DNA of 64,000 nt from Diadema antillarum (taxonomy: Eukaryota): the NCBI RefSeq assembly GCF_040938485.1, contig NW_027270950.1:3038001-3102000 (forward strand), written 5' to 3'. A program made the translations under genes and the position numbers. Below, piece after piece: positions 62,848-64,000 of the stretch. Each line of letters begins with the position of its first letter. The first letter of the stretch is position 1. Under the pieces are notes generated by a model. The model was not told where the DNA came from. It was given only the letters and a program-made list of their open reading frames with translations, and did not search any database.

Positions 62848-63590
62848 GTGAGAAACTTTCGCAGTCTGTCATCTGTCATTTAGACCACGAGCTTGTGATA
62901 TCATGCTTTCCCAGTATCCCTAGATAGTCATGGATGTTGTTAAAAATTGTAGGGCCTGACCCTGACATCCCTCCTCCTAGAACCATTCCCCCCCCCCCAA
63001 AAAAAAAAAAACCACCACAACAACAACAACAACACCTTTTACCAGCCAGAAATGGCCTTTGGTCAAGGGCATTGTACTTTGTCATTTAATTTCACTTGCC
63101 CAAAAGTGACTTTAGGACTTTAGTTTCCCATTGCAAGTGGGTTTGTGGTACACATGTACACTGATTGTGTTCAGGGCAAGTCCAAGATAACACGCACGTT
63201 ACGTATGGGACATTCAGAGACTTTTATGACCTGAAAAATAGTGTTAATGGCCTTTGATCATATTGAACTTCATCATGGTGATTGATATCTAGGAGAAGTA
63301 TAATCATGTAAAAAATTGAGAAAAATGACCTTGACAATTACATTCTAGAAGAGAAAATATGTGCCGTTACGTATGGGACCAGAAAAATTTGTTTTTTTGA
63401 ACATTTTTTTCAACCTCAAAACTCTCTGAAAGTATATCATTCTACAACTTGTAACTCACTGTGATGAAAGTCACAACACTCAAGATTATCACAGGTAAGT
63501 TTCATGTCATTAGGCAAAAAGCTCTAATTACAGGTTTTAATTAAAGACAGACATGACGTGTTACGTATGGGACAGTTACGTATGGGACAG

Positions 63591-64000
63591 TTTGTCCCCC
63601 ATTCATTTAGTGTGTGAAGAACCATGTTTATGGGTATTTTGCATAATTATTGAGGTAAAATCAGTTGAAACTACTCAAATACTGATCCAGATTGTCAAGG
63701 AAACAATATTCCCCAAATATTCACCATCATAATCATATTCAATCATATTCTTATACATTTATGACCAACCTGGGTATGCATGCCCTTTGTCCCCCATTTG
63801 TTTAGTGTGTGGAGAACCATGTTTATGGGTATTTTGCAAAATAATTTTGCAAAATACCAATAAACAAATTTTTGCATAATTATTGAGGTGGAATCAGTTG
63901 AAATTACTCAAATACTGATCCAGATTGACAAGGGAACAATATTCCCCAGATATTTACCATCATAATCACATTTAATCATATTCTATATTTTTATGACCAA
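63591..64000 (+). repeat. Tandem repeat with ~195-bp unit in an ELP3 intron
   Basis: tttgtcccccatt..tttagtgtgtg..agaaccatgtttatgggtattttgca at 63591 and 63786; the second unit runs to the window end. Confidence 0.85.

Noticed and set aside
24708-63085. Long ORFs containing X runs (24708-25130, 30109-30820, 39306-39823, 41444-41882, 48316-48573, 62227-62883)
   Set aside because: Artefacts of assembly gaps at 24774-24938, 30306-30547, 39584-39758, 41531-41810, 48400-48540 and 62398-62737; these gaps could also hide sequence.

Overview
AT-rich, repeat-dense eukaryotic genomic DNA with microsatellites, many MITEs, GT-AG introns and six N-gaps. The style suggests a marine invertebrate such as a sea urchin, but that is inference. 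The dominant feature is a co-oriented minus-strand array of six genes with uninterrupted ~220-240 aa ORFs, spread over ~55 kb, each encoding a stand-alone phytochelatin-synthase (PCS, papain-like peptidase C83) catalytic domain. All six keep the Gln..Cys/His/Asp catalytic set. They resemble the short cyanobacterial PCS type more than the canonical eukaryotic type, yet all have lost the canonical glutathione-binding Arg and R-x-K-Y-P-P motifs. Four copies have a splice acceptor exactly 8 nt before the ATG, so they look like domesticated host genes rather than contamination. The array ends head-to-head with the first four coding exons of ELP3. Between the genes lie an RT-deleted Ty3/Gypsy relic, a 3.9-kb long-TIR element with a 3-bp TSD, an RTE-type LINE fragment, a tRNA-derived repeat and several MITE families. 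No database searches or alignments were run; reference motifs are quoted from memory.
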